Below are positions 31,318 to 40,619 of a DNA stretch of 64,000 bases, piece by piece. The translations under genes and the position numbers were made by a program. Position 1 is the stretch's first letter; every line of letters begins with the position of its first letter. The notes under the pieces are model-generated. The model was not told the DNA's origin. It did not search any database and worked only from the letters and a program-made list of their open reading frames with translations. The DNA is from a virus. Its lineage: Duplodnaviria > Heunggongvirae > Uroviricota > Caudoviricetes. The stretch lies in the IMG/VR virus record IMGVR_UViG_3300033075_001617, positions 13,560-77,559 of that record, one strand, 5' to 3'.

Positions 31318-32735
31318 CCCCCATCACTTCTAATTGGCTGACGATCTTGGGTACAGCCTTAGGTCTGTTCGTGGTCATTTCCCTGCTGACGGCCATGTTC
31401 CTGCGCCGTGTCGTTCCCACCAACATGGTGCATACGGTCCAGAGCGCCAAGAAGACCACCTCCTACGGTAGAGGTCGCCCCGCTGGCAACGTCTATTATC
31501 AATGGCCGTCGTGGCTGCCGTTCATCGGCATCACATTGATAGAGATGCCTGAGTCAGTGTTTCAGGTCGCTCTCAAGGACTACGAAGCATACGACACCAA
31601 TCGCTTGCCGTTTGAAGTTGATGTCACAGCTTTCTTCCGCATCAAAGACTCGGATACAGCGGCACAACGGGTGGCCTCCTTCTCTGAGCTTCACACGCAA
31701 TTGGTTTCCATACTACAAGGCTGCGTGCGTCGTGTTATGTCCACCAATGCACTGGAAGATACCATGCATCAACGCTCCACGCTCGGCGAACAGTTCACAA
31801 CCGAGGTGAGCGAAAGTATTGCTGAGTGGGGTGTTATGACGGTCAAGATGATCGAGTTCATGGACATCCGTGACTCACGGGCCCAAGAATCAAAGGTCAT
31901 CCACAACATCATGGCCAAGGATCAGGCTCGCATCGACAAGGAAAGCCGCACGGCTGTTGCGCAGCACAATCAGGCTGCGCAGTTGGCCGAGATCACCGCA
32001 AAACGTGAGGTGGACGTCCAAAAGGAGCAGGCAGAACAGGCTGTTTCCATCCGTAAGGCGGAGCGCGAAATGGAAGTCGGTATCGCCAACGAGAAGTCCA
32101 AGCAGGTCGTTCAGGAGCAGGCCAAGGTGACCGCCATGAAGCAGATGGCCGTTCTTGAAGTGGAAACCACACGTAAGGCGGAGATCTCCAAGCAGGCAGC
32201 CGAGATCAAGGCAAATCAGGACAAGACCGTGGCTGTGGTCGCCGCCGAGCAGACCAAGGAAGTGTCCGTGGTCCATGCCGAAGGTGATAGGATCGCCACC
32301 CAGACGCGGGCCGAAGGAAATCTCTTCGCTTCCCTGAAGGACGCCGATGGTATCGCCGCGCGCGGAAAGGCTGAGGGTGAGGCCGAACAGGCCAAGCTGA
32401 TGGCTCCGGTGGAGGCCCAGATCAAGCTCGCTGAGAAGATCGCCTCGCTCGCGGAATACCAGAAGTTCCTGATCGAGACCCGCCAGATCGAAGCGAATCA
32501 GACCGTTGGCACTGCCATGGCAGCAGCCTTCGAGAAGGCCGACATCAAGATCGTAGGTGGTGGAAACAGTTTGCCAGAGGGCGCCAAAGGCGTCATGGGG
32601 ATGTTCAACCCCGGTGGTGGTCTGAACTTCGCCGGTATGCTCTCGGGACTCGCCTCCACAGAAGAAGGCAAAGCTTTGATCGACAAGGTCACCGGCAATA
32701 AGGGTAGCGCTCCGAGCGTGGAGCCCAAGGCCTGA
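31296..32735 (+). CDS. flotillin/YqiK-like SPFH-domain protein
   Basis: N-terminal TM helix, SPFH core, long Ala/Glu/Lys/Gln coiled coil (AEQAKL...). 479 aa. Start overlaps the divergent macro gene, so an internal Met is possible. Confidence 0.65.
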   Translation: MLSLTRTTPITSNWLTILGTALGLFVVISLLTAMFLRRVVPTNMVHTVQSAKKTTSYGRGRPAGNVYYQWPSWLPFIGITLIEMPESVFQVALKDYEAYDTNRLPFEVDVTAFFRIKDSDTAAQRVASFSELHTQLVSILQGCVRRVMSTNALEDTMHQRSTLGEQFTTEVSESIAEWGVMTVKMIEFMDIRDSRAQESKVIHNIMAKDQARIDKESRTAVAQHNQAAQLAEITAKREVDVQKEQAEQAVSIRKAEREMEVGIANEKSKQVVQEQAKVTAMKQMAVLEVETTRKAEISKQAAEIKANQDKTVAVVAAEQTKEVSVVHAEGDRIATQTRAEGNLFASLKDADGIAARGKAEGEAEQAKLMAPVEAQIKLAEKIASLAEYQKFLIETRQIEANQTVGTAMAAAFEKADIKIVGGGNSLPEGAKGVMGMFNPGGGLNFAGMLSGLASTEEGKALIDKVTGNKGSAPSVEPKA

Positions 32736-32746
32736 ACGACAATCTC

Positions 32747-33184
32747 ATGGAACGGAAGGGGAGCCACATGGCTCCCCTTTCTTTTTGCGACCTAAGTATT
32801 GGTATGAAGATGGGCTTTCTGACCTCTCTGAAGAAAGCTTGGCAAGGCATTCAGGTAGACGACGACGACGACAAGCGTACGCGCTACGTCATGACCATAT
32901 GGTCGTTCCTGTTGTTGTCGGCCATCATCATCGCCTGTTTCGTGGCTGCCCTTCTTGTTGCTGAGGTGGAGATACGTTTGGCGTTCATCGACCTGATGAA
33001 GCACTTGGCCTATGTCTTTGGAGGCATTCTGGCCACATACTTCGGTCTGGAGTCGTTCTTCCCTTCTGAGGCCCGTGACTACCCCGGATGGGGAGGCTGG
33101 GGGCATCCAAGGAAAGAGGTCGAAGTTGACCCCAAGAAAGACCCCCCGGTGCATCCGAGCAACAATGATGCTCAAGTCGATTGA
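32747..33184 (+). CDS. hypothetical membrane protein
   Basis: 145 aa, two TM helices. Confidence 0.4.
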   Translation: MERKGSHMAPLSFCDLSIGMKMGFLTSLKKAWQGIQVDDDDDKRTRYVMTIWSFLLLSAIIIACFVAALLVAEVEIRLAFIDLMKHLAYVFGGILATYFGLESFFPSEARDYPGWGGWGHPRKEVEVDPKKDPPVHPSNNDAQVD

Positions 33185-33281
33185 AGAATTGGCTCGGGTT
33201 GTACATCATGTCTTGGGTCTCCCCATGATAAACACTGGACTCTTCTGAAAAAGCGGATTCCGACCCTCTATTTACAAGGGA

Positions 33282-33548
33282 ATGGAAGCCATGGAAGAGA
33301 GCAAGGAAGTCGAGGAAACCAAGGGCCCTGAAGAACAGGATATCCCCATCTCAAAAGAGTTCGTTGACTTCAACTACCTCATCACGACCCTCATTGACTA
33401 CTACGAATCAAAAGCTGGCCTGAAAGGCGAGATGGATGATGGTGAAGAGTGGAAGGAGGGCACCAAGTTCGAACGCCCACAGATCCCCAAGAAGATCAAT
33501 GATGCCGTAGAACTGGCATTCTTGCACCAACTGAAGAAGTTCTGCTAA
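33282..33548 (+). CDS. hypothetical acidic protein
   Basis: 88 aa, Glu-rich. Confidence 0.4.
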   Translation: MEAMEESKEVEETKGPEEQDIPISKEFVDFNYLITTLIDYYESKAGLKGEMDDGEEWKEGTKFERPQIPKKINDAVELAFLHQLKKFC

Positions 33549-33560
33549 ACGACCTCAGGG

Positions 33561-34373
33561 ATGTTCAGCGACAACCATCTTTGGAAGTTCCTGCTGGCTT
33601 TCCTTCCGGCATTCATTTACTCCTTCATCATCTACTTCAACGACCGGAACAACATCCGGTTGCGCACGACCTTCTCTTACATACTGGGAGGCCTGTTGTC
33701 CATCGGGTTCATGCGCATGCTGCTTCAGGTGTTCCCACATCTGCAAGACATGCACTTCACCGTCACCAATGGAGTGGTCGACCTCGTGGATTTCACCGTG
33801 TACCACATGCCGACCACGCTCTCGTGGATGTTCTTGGCGTTCGTTCAGGTGGCCATGTACGAAGAAGCCATGAAAGCCTTGACATGGGGCGCCATGTCCA
33901 TCATCAGAAAAGGCGAATACAACCAGAGGGACACGCTGTTCTCCACCATGTTCTACTCCTGCATGATATCGGTGGGTTTCGCTGGTGCGGAGAACTTGGA
34001 CTACTTCATCCATCTTCCATATGACGATGTCATCATCGTGCGGTCCTTCACGGCCGTTATCACACACATGGTGTGCGGGCTGCTGATGGGCTATTTCTTG
34101 GCCCTGTCCCGACTGAAGAAGGACGTGTTTGAAAGCTGGAGATTGAAGTTCGCTGGGCTCCTCGCGGCCATTTCATTCCACGGACTGTATGACTTCTTGG
34201 CCATGGCCACCGATCAATATGATGTGGACGTGCAACTGGCCGGAAGGGACATCACCATCGAGACCTATTACCCCCTGCTGCTGTTGGGATTGATCATAGT
34301 GACCATATGTGGACGGACTCTTCTGGGTTATTCGTTACGATATGGCCTAGTTCAGAAAAAGCACAATCGATGA
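33561..34373 (+). CDS. CPBP-family (CAAX-protease-like) intramembrane metalloprotease
   Basis: Polytopic protein with EEAMK (EExxxR-like), a TM His (ITHMVCG) and FHGLYD (HxxxD) motifs. Confidence 0.5.
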   Translation: MFSDNHLWKFLLAFLPAFIYSFIIYFNDRNNIRLRTTFSYILGGLLSIGFMRMLLQVFPHLQDMHFTVTNGVVDLVDFTVYHMPTTLSWMFLAFVQVAMYEEAMKALTWGAMSIIRKGEYNQRDTLFSTMFYSCMISVGFAGAENLDYFIHLPYDDVIIVRSFTAVITHMVCGLLMGYFLALSRLKKDVFESWRLKFAGLLAAISFHGLYDFLAMATDQYDVDVQLAGRDITIETYYPLLLLGLIIVTICGRTLLGYSLRYGLVQKKHNR

Positions 34374-34821
34374 CCTCCAACAGTGTGAAGTGCGACATCA
34401 ATTTCATGCTCTTCAAGTTCTCGGTATAGTCACTGATCTTGAGTTCATCCAAGAGGACCACTGGCGCATCCTTCAGGGTGCTCGCGCCCTCTTCGCCAAC
34501 CACGATGTTCACCTTTGGTACAAGACTCAAGTAAGCATCGCCATCAATCACAAGTTCCTTGTAGAATTCCACGCGTTCGATCTTTTTGATGGGCTCCAAG
34601 GTGCAGACCAGCGCATTCACCACGTGGTACTCCTCTAGGAAGTAATCGTGGATGAAACCTTGAATGTGGAATCCCATGTTCATGAGGTCGCCCACGGTGG
34701 TGCCATCCAAAATGCACGGTTCGCTCACATTGGCCAGCAAGAATTCCCTCATCTGCTCCATGGGGAGGGAAATCGGGGTTCCATCCAAGGACAGGGCGCA
34801 ATCACTTCTTACTATCAACAT
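34294..34821 (-). CDS. hypothetical protein
   Basis: ORF overlaps the ClpA-like gene 3' end. Start set at an internal Met and is uncertain. Confidence 0.3.
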   Translation of the reverse strand: MLIVRSDCALSLDGTPISLPMEQMREFLLANVSEPCILDGTTVGDLMNMGFHIQGFIHDYFLEEYHVVNALVCTLEPIKKIERVEFYKELVIDGDAYLSLVPKVNIVVGEEGASTLKDAPVVLLDELKISDYTENLKSMKLMSHFTLLEVIDCAFSELGHIVTNNPEESVHIWSL

Positions 34822-36859
34822 CGATCCTGACTTTTTGCTTCTTCGTGTCGAAATGTACGGAGAATGCGTCACCGCTCCCCAACTTTTCCTCAAGCATCAT
34901 CTGGGCCACCTCGTTCTCCACCATCGTGGTGATCATCCGCTTCAGGGGCCTAGCGCCATACTGCTCATCGAATCCGTTGTCCAAAAGGAACTTCACCATG
35001 GATGGCTTTACGGTCATGGTCATCTTCTTGTCGGCCAACCTTTGGGCGAGCACATTCAACTCCAACGCGATGATCTTCTCACAATCCTCCTTGGTAAGGC
35101 TCCTGAACACTATTTTCTCATCTATCCTGTTCAATAACTCTGGTCGGAACGCCTTCTTCAATTCGGTCATGACACGGTCTTCCACCTCACGGGTTGACTT
35201 GCCCGTGTCGAACCCGATATCGTCATTGGACAACTCCTTGGTCCCTATGTTGGAGGTCATGATGACGATGCAATGTTTGAAGCTGACCTCCGAGCCATGG
35301 CTGTCGGTCAATCTTCCGTCATCAAGAACCTGAAGGAGGATGTTGAACACATCAGGATGCGCCTTCTCTATTTCATCCAACAGGAGAATGCAATAGGGCG
35401 TGTTCTTGACCTTCTCGGTGAGATAACCCTTGTCGTCATAACCAACATATCCGGGGGGACTTCCTATGAGCTTGTTCACGTTGAACTTCTCCATGTACTC
35501 GCTCATGTCGAGCCTGATGAACGCGCTGTCGAGATCGAACAGGTACTTGGCCAGCGTCTTCGCCAAGAACGTCTTGCCTGTGCCGGTCTTGCCCAAGAAC
35601 AGGAACGAGTAAGGCCGGTTGGGGTCCTGTATCTCCATCTTGCTGCGCTTGATGGACTGCACTATCTTCTTGATGGCGTGTTCCTGACCGATGACCACGC
35701 TGTTCAGCGTGTCTTCCATGTGCATCAGGCGCTCCTTCTCCGACTGCGCTATCTTGGTGAGCGGAATGCCGCTATGTTTGCTGAGCACGGCCGCAATATC
35801 TTCGTTCCTCACTTTGATCCTCAGCTTGCTACGGTCCTGTTTCCAACGTGCATAAAGGACATCAAGCTCCGCCTGTATCTTTCTCTGCTCATCACGCATC
35901 TTCGCGGCATCCTCATAGCGCTGGCTCTGGGCGCACTTCATCTTCTCCAGCACTATCTCTTTTAGGCGGTCCTCAAGCTCCTTGCATCCATCTGGCTCAT
36001 CGGCGCCATGGATGCGGGTGAAAGACCCGACCTCGTCCATGACATCGATGGCCTTATCAGGGAAGTGCCGGTAGGGAATGTACCTATCGCACATATCGAT
36101 GATCATCGAAAGGGAGCCCGCATCATACTCCACACCATGGAACTCCTCATACTTCGGCTTTATGTTGTTGAGTATCTCAAGCATCTCCACCTTACTTGGA
36201 GGGCTCAGCCATACCTTCTGGAACCTTCTATCAAAGGCCTCATCGGAAGCCATGTACTTCTTGTGATCATCGATGGTCATGGCGCCCATGCAACGGATAT
36301 CACCTCTTGCCAGAGCAGGCTTCATGATGTTCGATGCATCCAACCCTCCATTGGTGCCTCCGGCACCTATCATGGTGTGAAGTTCATCGATGAACAATAT
36401 GATGTTGGGGTTGCTTTGGATCTCCATGACCAACTCCTTCATCCTGTTCTCGAACTCGCCTCTGTATTTCGTACCCGATACGATCAGTGAAACATTGATG
36501 TCGAACACCACCTTGTCCCACATGGACCTGTCGATCTCCTTGTTGACTATCTTGATGGCGATGCCCTCGGCGAGACAACTCTTGCCCACACCGCTTTCAC
36601 CTATGATGAGCACATTGTTCTTCTTCCTCTTGTTGAGGACCTGAATGACCTGCTCTATCTGTACATCTCGTCCAATGACCGGATCGAGCTTGTTCTGACG
36701 CGCTAGGTCGTTGAGATTCCTGCCGAACAAGTCAAGCATTGGCGTTGTGCTTTCGCCCTTCTTGGCCTTCTCCAACTTCTTTTTGTCATCCTCCTCGAAA
36801 GCTCTGTCCGACATGTCTATCTGTTTTAGTGAAGTTAAGCCTGCGCTTTCAAAAACCAA
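34802..36859 (-). CDS. ClpA/ClpC-like double-AAA+ ATPase (Clp/Hsp100 chaperone subunit)
   Basis: Two nucleotide-binding domains with Walker A GESGVGKSC and GKTGTGKTFLAK and Walker B DELH/DEIEKAH. 685 aa. Confidence 0.85.
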   Translation of the reverse strand: MVFESAGLTSLKQIDMSDRAFEEDDKKKLEKAKKGESTTPMLDLFGRNLNDLARQNKLDPVIGRDVQIEQVIQVLNKRKKNNVLIIGESGVGKSCLAEGIAIKIVNKEIDRSMWDKVVFDINVSLIVSGTKYRGEFENRMKELVMEIQSNPNIILFIDELHTMIGAGGTNGGLDASNIMKPALARGDIRCMGAMTIDDHKKYMASDEAFDRRFQKVWLSPPSKVEMLEILNNIKPKYEEFHGVEYDAGSLSMIIDMCDRYIPYRHFPDKAIDVMDEVGSFTRIHGADEPDGCKELEDRLKEIVLEKMKCAQSQRYEDAAKMRDEQRKIQAELDVLYARWKQDRSKLRIKVRNEDIAAVLSKHSGIPLTKIAQSEKERLMHMEDTLNSVVIGQEHAIKKIVQSIKRSKMEIQDPNRPYSFLFLGKTGTGKTFLAKTLAKYLFDLDSAFIRLDMSEYMEKFNVNKLIGSPPGYVGYDDKGYLTEKVKNTPYCILLLDEIEKAHPDVFNILLQVLDDGRLTDSHGSEVSFKHCIVIMTSNIGTKELSNDDIGFDTGKSTREVEDRVMTELKKAFRPELLNRIDEKIVFRSLTKEDCEKIIALELNVLAQRLADKKMTMTVKPSMVKFLLDNGFDEQYGARPLKRMITTMVENEVAQMMLEEKLGSGDAFSVHFDTKKQKVRIDVDSKK

Positions 36860-37054
36860 TCATGATGACCGTGGGGTCAACTCGAAAAACACTGCGTCAT
36901 CATTGGTCATATCATCTATCGTGAAGAGTTCAAATTCACTCTCAGGGTACTCTATCCTGATCTCGTCCCACACACTGTCAAATCCTCTTTCCCTCATCTC
37001 CCCGTGTGAGACCTCCAAGACTATTCTCTTCAATGTCCTTATTGCTACTTTCAT
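36860..37054 (-). CDS. hypothetical small protein upstream of clpA-like gene
   Basis: 64 aa, abuts the ClpA-like start. No ClpS motif recognised. Confidence 0.35.
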   Translation of the reverse strand: MKVAIRTLKRIVLEVSHGEMRERGFDSVWDEIRIEYPESEFELFTIDDMTNDDAVFFELTPRSS

Positions 37055-37084
37055 TGTAATGTGATATTTGATGTGTCATATTCA

Positions 37085-37450
37085 TCACATCCTTCTCCTA
37101 GTCAAGTTGCTATAGAACTGAGGGTCCTTCTTGAGCGTATCAATGACCTTGTCTGCCAGATCGAGTATTTGCGCCTCAGCATCCTTGTTCCTCTCGACTC
37201 TCATGCCAAGATTGAACTCGTCCTTCGGGAAATCGAACACCTCGTTATTGGTCGAGAACCTGTTCCAGTCCAGAACGTAGTCAGTCAGCGGGTCTATCTG
37301 CTGCGGCTGGTTCATACCGCTGGGGTCATATGGGAACGCGCCATCGATCGGGGCGTTCGGTCCCACAGAAGGCAAATTCTCCTTGAGTATTCTCCTTATC
37401 GTATCTCTCAGTTCCATCCATTGTAAATAGAGACATGCACCGCATGCCAC
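37085..37450 (-). CDS. hypothetical protein
   Basis: 121-aa ORF. Confidence 0.45.
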   Translation of the reverse strand: MACGACLYLQWMELRDTIRRILKENLPSVGPNAPIDGAFPYDPSGMNQPQQIDPLTDYVLDWNRFSTNNEVFDFPKDEFNLGMRVERNKDAEAQILDLADKVIDTLKKDPQFYSNLTRRRM

Positions 37451-37473
37451 AGACTTCTGGAACCGATGTTCTG

Positions 37474-38829
37474 TTACTCGGTTTCGCCTATATCGATACG
37501 AAGAGCCTCAAGGGCATCGGCGTATTTTTTCAACGCCACACGTCTGGTGTCCTTCTTACCTATTTTGATCAACTTCAGATGGACACACCTCTTCAGGAAC
37601 TCATCAAGTTGCTCTCCCGTGCATATGATGTTGGAGTTCCTCACGCTCTCCAATATCTGTTTGTAATCGCCTAGGTCATCGTTCTCATTGAGCCTTCCGT
37701 TCTGGTAGAGCACATACAGAAGAGAGGAGTACAGGTCAAACTTGGAACGTGGACCCTTCAGCAGAAGCTGCTGTTTGTCATCGTCATCGGTGCGCACAAA
37801 GTCCCCTTCACTGTTGGTCTCATACACCACTTGTTCAGTTTTGGACGGCTCAGCTTTCATTTCCGGCTCCTTAATTTCCGGTTCATGAACTTCAGGCCGC
37901 ACTTCAGGCTCAGGTGTTGGCGTATCTATCTTGGGCACCTCTGGCTCCAGTGTTGGCGTATCTATCTTGGGCACCTCTGGCTCCAGTGCTGGCGGCTCGA
38001 TCTTGGGCATCGCTTCGGCCACAACGGGATCATCCTCTCTGGTGGCCTTGTCCCATGCCATGTTGAACACGATGACGAAAATGATGGCCAATGGATCGAA
38101 GACGCATATGATCATGAGCATGAAAAGGTTGGCCACGGAGTCCATCGGCATGCCAGTGGTCCTTGAGATGTACTTGAGCGCTCCCATTTCACCTTGTGCG
38201 CTCTCGGATTCCATGGTCACCACCGAACTATCGACAGCAGACATCTGCTCGCGTATGTCTCCTATAAGCGCGTTTATGCTGTCGGCCTCGGTGTTCAACT
38301 TATTGATCTCCTTATCGGCCTCTGCTATGCTCGCTTGCACGCCTTTGGCCGTTCGTATTTGATTCCTCGCATACAAAGAGTCAAGTCGATTCTCTTGCTG
38401 GCTCCTCAGGTTGGACAAAGACGTGGCGCGCTCCTGCTTGCGATCAATGGACTTTTCATAGAAAGCGATCCGTTCCTCCAAAGACCCCTTCTTCTTTGAC
38501 TCCAGTTCTATCTGAGCGGTCTGCGTCCTCGATCCTGCTGCCGTACTCTCGTACGCCGAACTCAGATAGCCATATATCCCTGCACTGGTCAGCACCATGA
38601 TAATGAGCGTCATCGGAATGAGCACCACTCTCCACCATTTCAGGCTGTCCCATAATCTGTACAACACGCTTACGGCCATCAACTTGCCTATCTCGATGGC
38701 GGAGGCCATGATCAGAATGGGCCATCCGACGAATATCCTTCCCATCCCTGTAACGGAGAACAGAGCAGCTATTGACGCCAATAGGACGGCGGTCAAAGCT
38801 ATCATCAAAGGGAATATGTATCTCTTCAT
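37474..38829 (-). CDS. membrane protein with coiled coil and tandem PEVPKIDTPT repeats
   Basis: Multiple N-terminal TM helices, long coiled coil, repeat block EPEVPKIDTPTLEPEVPKIDTPTPEPEV encoded by DNA tandem repeats. Start set at internal Met to avoid overlap. Confidence 0.55.
   Translation of the reverse strand: MKRYIFPLMIALTAVLLASIAALFSVTGMGRIFVGWPILIMASAIEIGKLMAVSVLYRLWDSLKWWRVVLIPMTLIIMVLTSAGIYGYLSSAYESTAAGSRTQTAQIELESKKKGSLEERIAFYEKSIDRKQERATSLSNLRSQQENRLDSLYARNQIRTAKGVQASIAEADKEINKLNTEADSINALIGDIREQMSAVDSSVVTMESESAQGEMGALKYISRTTGMPMDSVANLFMLMIICVFDPLAIIFVIVFNMAWDKATREDDPVVAEAMPKIEPPALEPEVPKIDTPTLEPEVPKIDTPTPEPEVRPEVHEPEIKEPEMKAEPSKTEQVVYETNSEGDFVRTDDDDKQQLLLKGPRSKFDLYSSLLYVLYQNGRLNENDDLGDYKQILESVRNSNIICTGEQLDEFLKRCVHLKLIKIGKKDTRRVALKKYADALEALRIDIGETE
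37915..37986. repeat. 36-nt tandem direct repeat (2 exact copies plus degenerate flanking copies)
   Basis: tgttggcgtatctatcttgggcacctctggctccag occurs twice in tandem, with degenerate copies on both sides, inside the CDS. Confidence 0.8.
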
Positions 38830-38851
38830 TTCAGCAAAGATAGAAAACCGA

Positions 38852-39292
38852 TCACTTCTCTCCGGGTTCGAGATCGGTGTGGGCGTTCGCTGAATCAGGA
38901 ACACCGTTCTTCGCCTTGAAGGCGGAGATTCGCTTCTTCAGGAAACTGCCCGGACGTCCATGTACCTCCGGTACTGGCATCAGGTCGTGAAGATGCTTCT
39001 TGGTCCACACGTTCGCCGTACCATCTGGCAGGATGTAGTCATCATGGTTGTAATACCAGATCTGGTCCTCGTCATCCCACAGATACAAAGGGTGTTGTTC
39101 GCCGTACGAGTACGCCACGTACATCTTCCCCAGCCCGCCGATATCCTCCCCATATGTATGGGAACCTACGAAGTTCTTCCGGGCCTTCACCTCCAAGGAG
39201 GCCGCCTTGTTGGTGATACGCTCCTCGTCCAGTATCTCCGTAATGAGGGACCTGATGTGGTTCAGGAGGTTATCCATGGGCTTGTTCTCCAT
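38852..39292 (-). CDS. hypothetical protein
   Basis: 146-aa ORF. Confidence 0.45.
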   Translation of the reverse strand: MENKPMDNLLNHIRSLITEILDEERITNKAASLEVKARKNFVGSHTYGEDIGGLGKMYVAYSYGEQHPLYLWDDEDQIWYYNHDDYILPDGTANVWTKKHLHDLMPVPEVHGRPGSFLKKRISAFKAKNGVPDSANAHTDLEPGEK

Positions 39293-39339
39293 AAATATGG
39301 AACAATCGGAGTGTGAACAACGTATAACAGTATGAACAC

Positions 39340-40026
39340 ATGATACACCAAGCCTCCCTCCGCGTCATGATAGGCGCCCTGTCCCTGTTCTTGACCGGGG
39401 AAGTCACGACCTCTGTCTTCCACAGTTCCGCTCCGGACCCCATTGTACAGGAGGTTGACACCGCCTTCCATGTGTACAATCCAGCGGTGTCCGATGATGT
39501 GGTCGACAAATTCGTCGAGGTCATCTACAGGTTCAAACTCCACGAGCACGCCCGACTTTGCATCTATCATGTGTGCTTGGAGTCGTCCGTGGACCCTGAT
39601 GCCCAAAGTCCAACCGGTGCCATTGGATTGTGCCAGATAACACCCACCACGGCGTTCGACGTGCTACACAAGATGCCCGAGGAGGACAGAAAGCTGCTCT
39701 ACGACCTTGATGTTGACGACTTCGATTGGGCCATCAAGGGCCGTTATAGTACGAATGACGATGGACCATTCATAGCGAACGCACTGCGGAAGAAGGCTAT
39801 CAAATGGCTCAAGGTGCCAGATAATAATATGGCGCTCTGGGGCTACATCATGAGCGGGTATCTCAGTGAGATGGGCCCGCATGAGGCTTTCCTCTCCTAT
39901 CGCATGGGGCTTGGTGGCGCGCGCCGTTACAAGGGCAACGTAGACTCGCACCCTTACATAAGAGGCCTGTACAAGGTGGAGGCCACCATAAAAAAGAAGA
40001 GCGCCACTGGGCGCTCCTCTTCATAG
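39340..40026 (+). CDS. lytic transglycosylase (SLT-domain, lysozyme-like)
   Basis: HVCLESSVDP...GAIGLCQITPTTA fits the SLT motif E-S...GLMQ. N-terminal hydrophobic segment. Confidence 0.6.
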   Translation: MIHQASLRVMIGALSLFLTGEVTTSVFHSSAPDPIVQEVDTAFHVYNPAVSDDVVDKFVEVIYRFKLHEHARLCIYHVCLESSVDPDAQSPTGAIGLCQITPTTAFDVLHKMPEEDRKLLYDLDVDDFDWAIKGRYSTNDDGPFIANALRKKAIKWLKVPDNNMALWGYIMSGYLSEMGPHEAFLSYRMGLGGARRYKGNVDSHPYIRGLYKVEATIKKKSATGRSSS

Positions 40027-40039
40027 TATGGTTCGTTCC

Positions 40040-40513
40040 TCAGAACGGTAGATCGTCGTCATCGCTCCTGACGTCAGCGGCTGACGCTGAGACCGTCTCT
40101 GCGACGGGTTCGCTGGACGACTCCTTGAATTCCTGCACGCTCTTAGCGGCGGCAGCTTCGTTGTTGCCCGAGGCATCCTCCTTGGGCTTACCGGGCAGCA
40201 GATTGAAGGACTTCGTCCAAACGCTTACGGTGTTGCGCTTGGTACCATCCTTCGCCTCGTACTGTCCATAGCGCACCTCGCCTTCCAAGTACAGGTTCTG
40301 GCCCTTCTTGATCAGCTTGGCCATGTTCACGGCCAAGTCTCCCCATGCCTCAATGTTGTGCCATTGGGTATCGGTGACCTTCGCTTCGTTCTTCTTGTAC
40401 GACCGATTGGTCGCCATGCTGAACTTGACCAGTTTGCGGCCATCCTGCAACTCCTTGAATTCGGGGTCGCCTCCTACGGATCCGATGAGGATCAACTTAT
40501 TCACTCCTTCCAT
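40040..40513 (-). CDS. ssb: single-stranded DNA-binding protein
   Basis: OB-fold SSB pattern (LILIGSVGGDPEF...WHNIEAWG...LYLEGEVRY) and acidic C-terminal tail DDDLPF. Start at Met MEGVNK. Confidence 0.9.
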   Translation of the reverse strand: MEGVNKLILIGSVGGDPEFKELQDGRKLVKFSMATNRSYKKNEAKVTDTQWHNIEAWGDLAVNMAKLIKKGQNLYLEGEVRYGQYEAKDGTKRNTVSVWTKSFNLLPGKPKEDASGNNEAAAAKSVQEFKESSSEPVAETVSASAADVRSDDDDLPF

Positions 40514-40619
40514 GCTGTTGATTGTGTTATGGGATTGTTCCCTTGTGTAAGTGCAAATATACAAAGTAGTCTGAGGAAAACAAAAAAGATGATCGGAAAG
40601 GGTCTCTGGGCTTATTTAT

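Noticed and set aside
32747-33184. DDDDK (enterokinase-site-like) pentapeptide suggesting an engineered construct
   Set aside because: Single occurrence in an otherwise natural-looking membrane protein within a phage gene context. Most likely coincidental.
34802-34893. 92-nt overlap between ORF 34294..34893 and the ClpA-like gene
   Set aside because: More likely a mis-extended start of the downstream ORF, so an internal Met was chosen, than a genuine long overlap.
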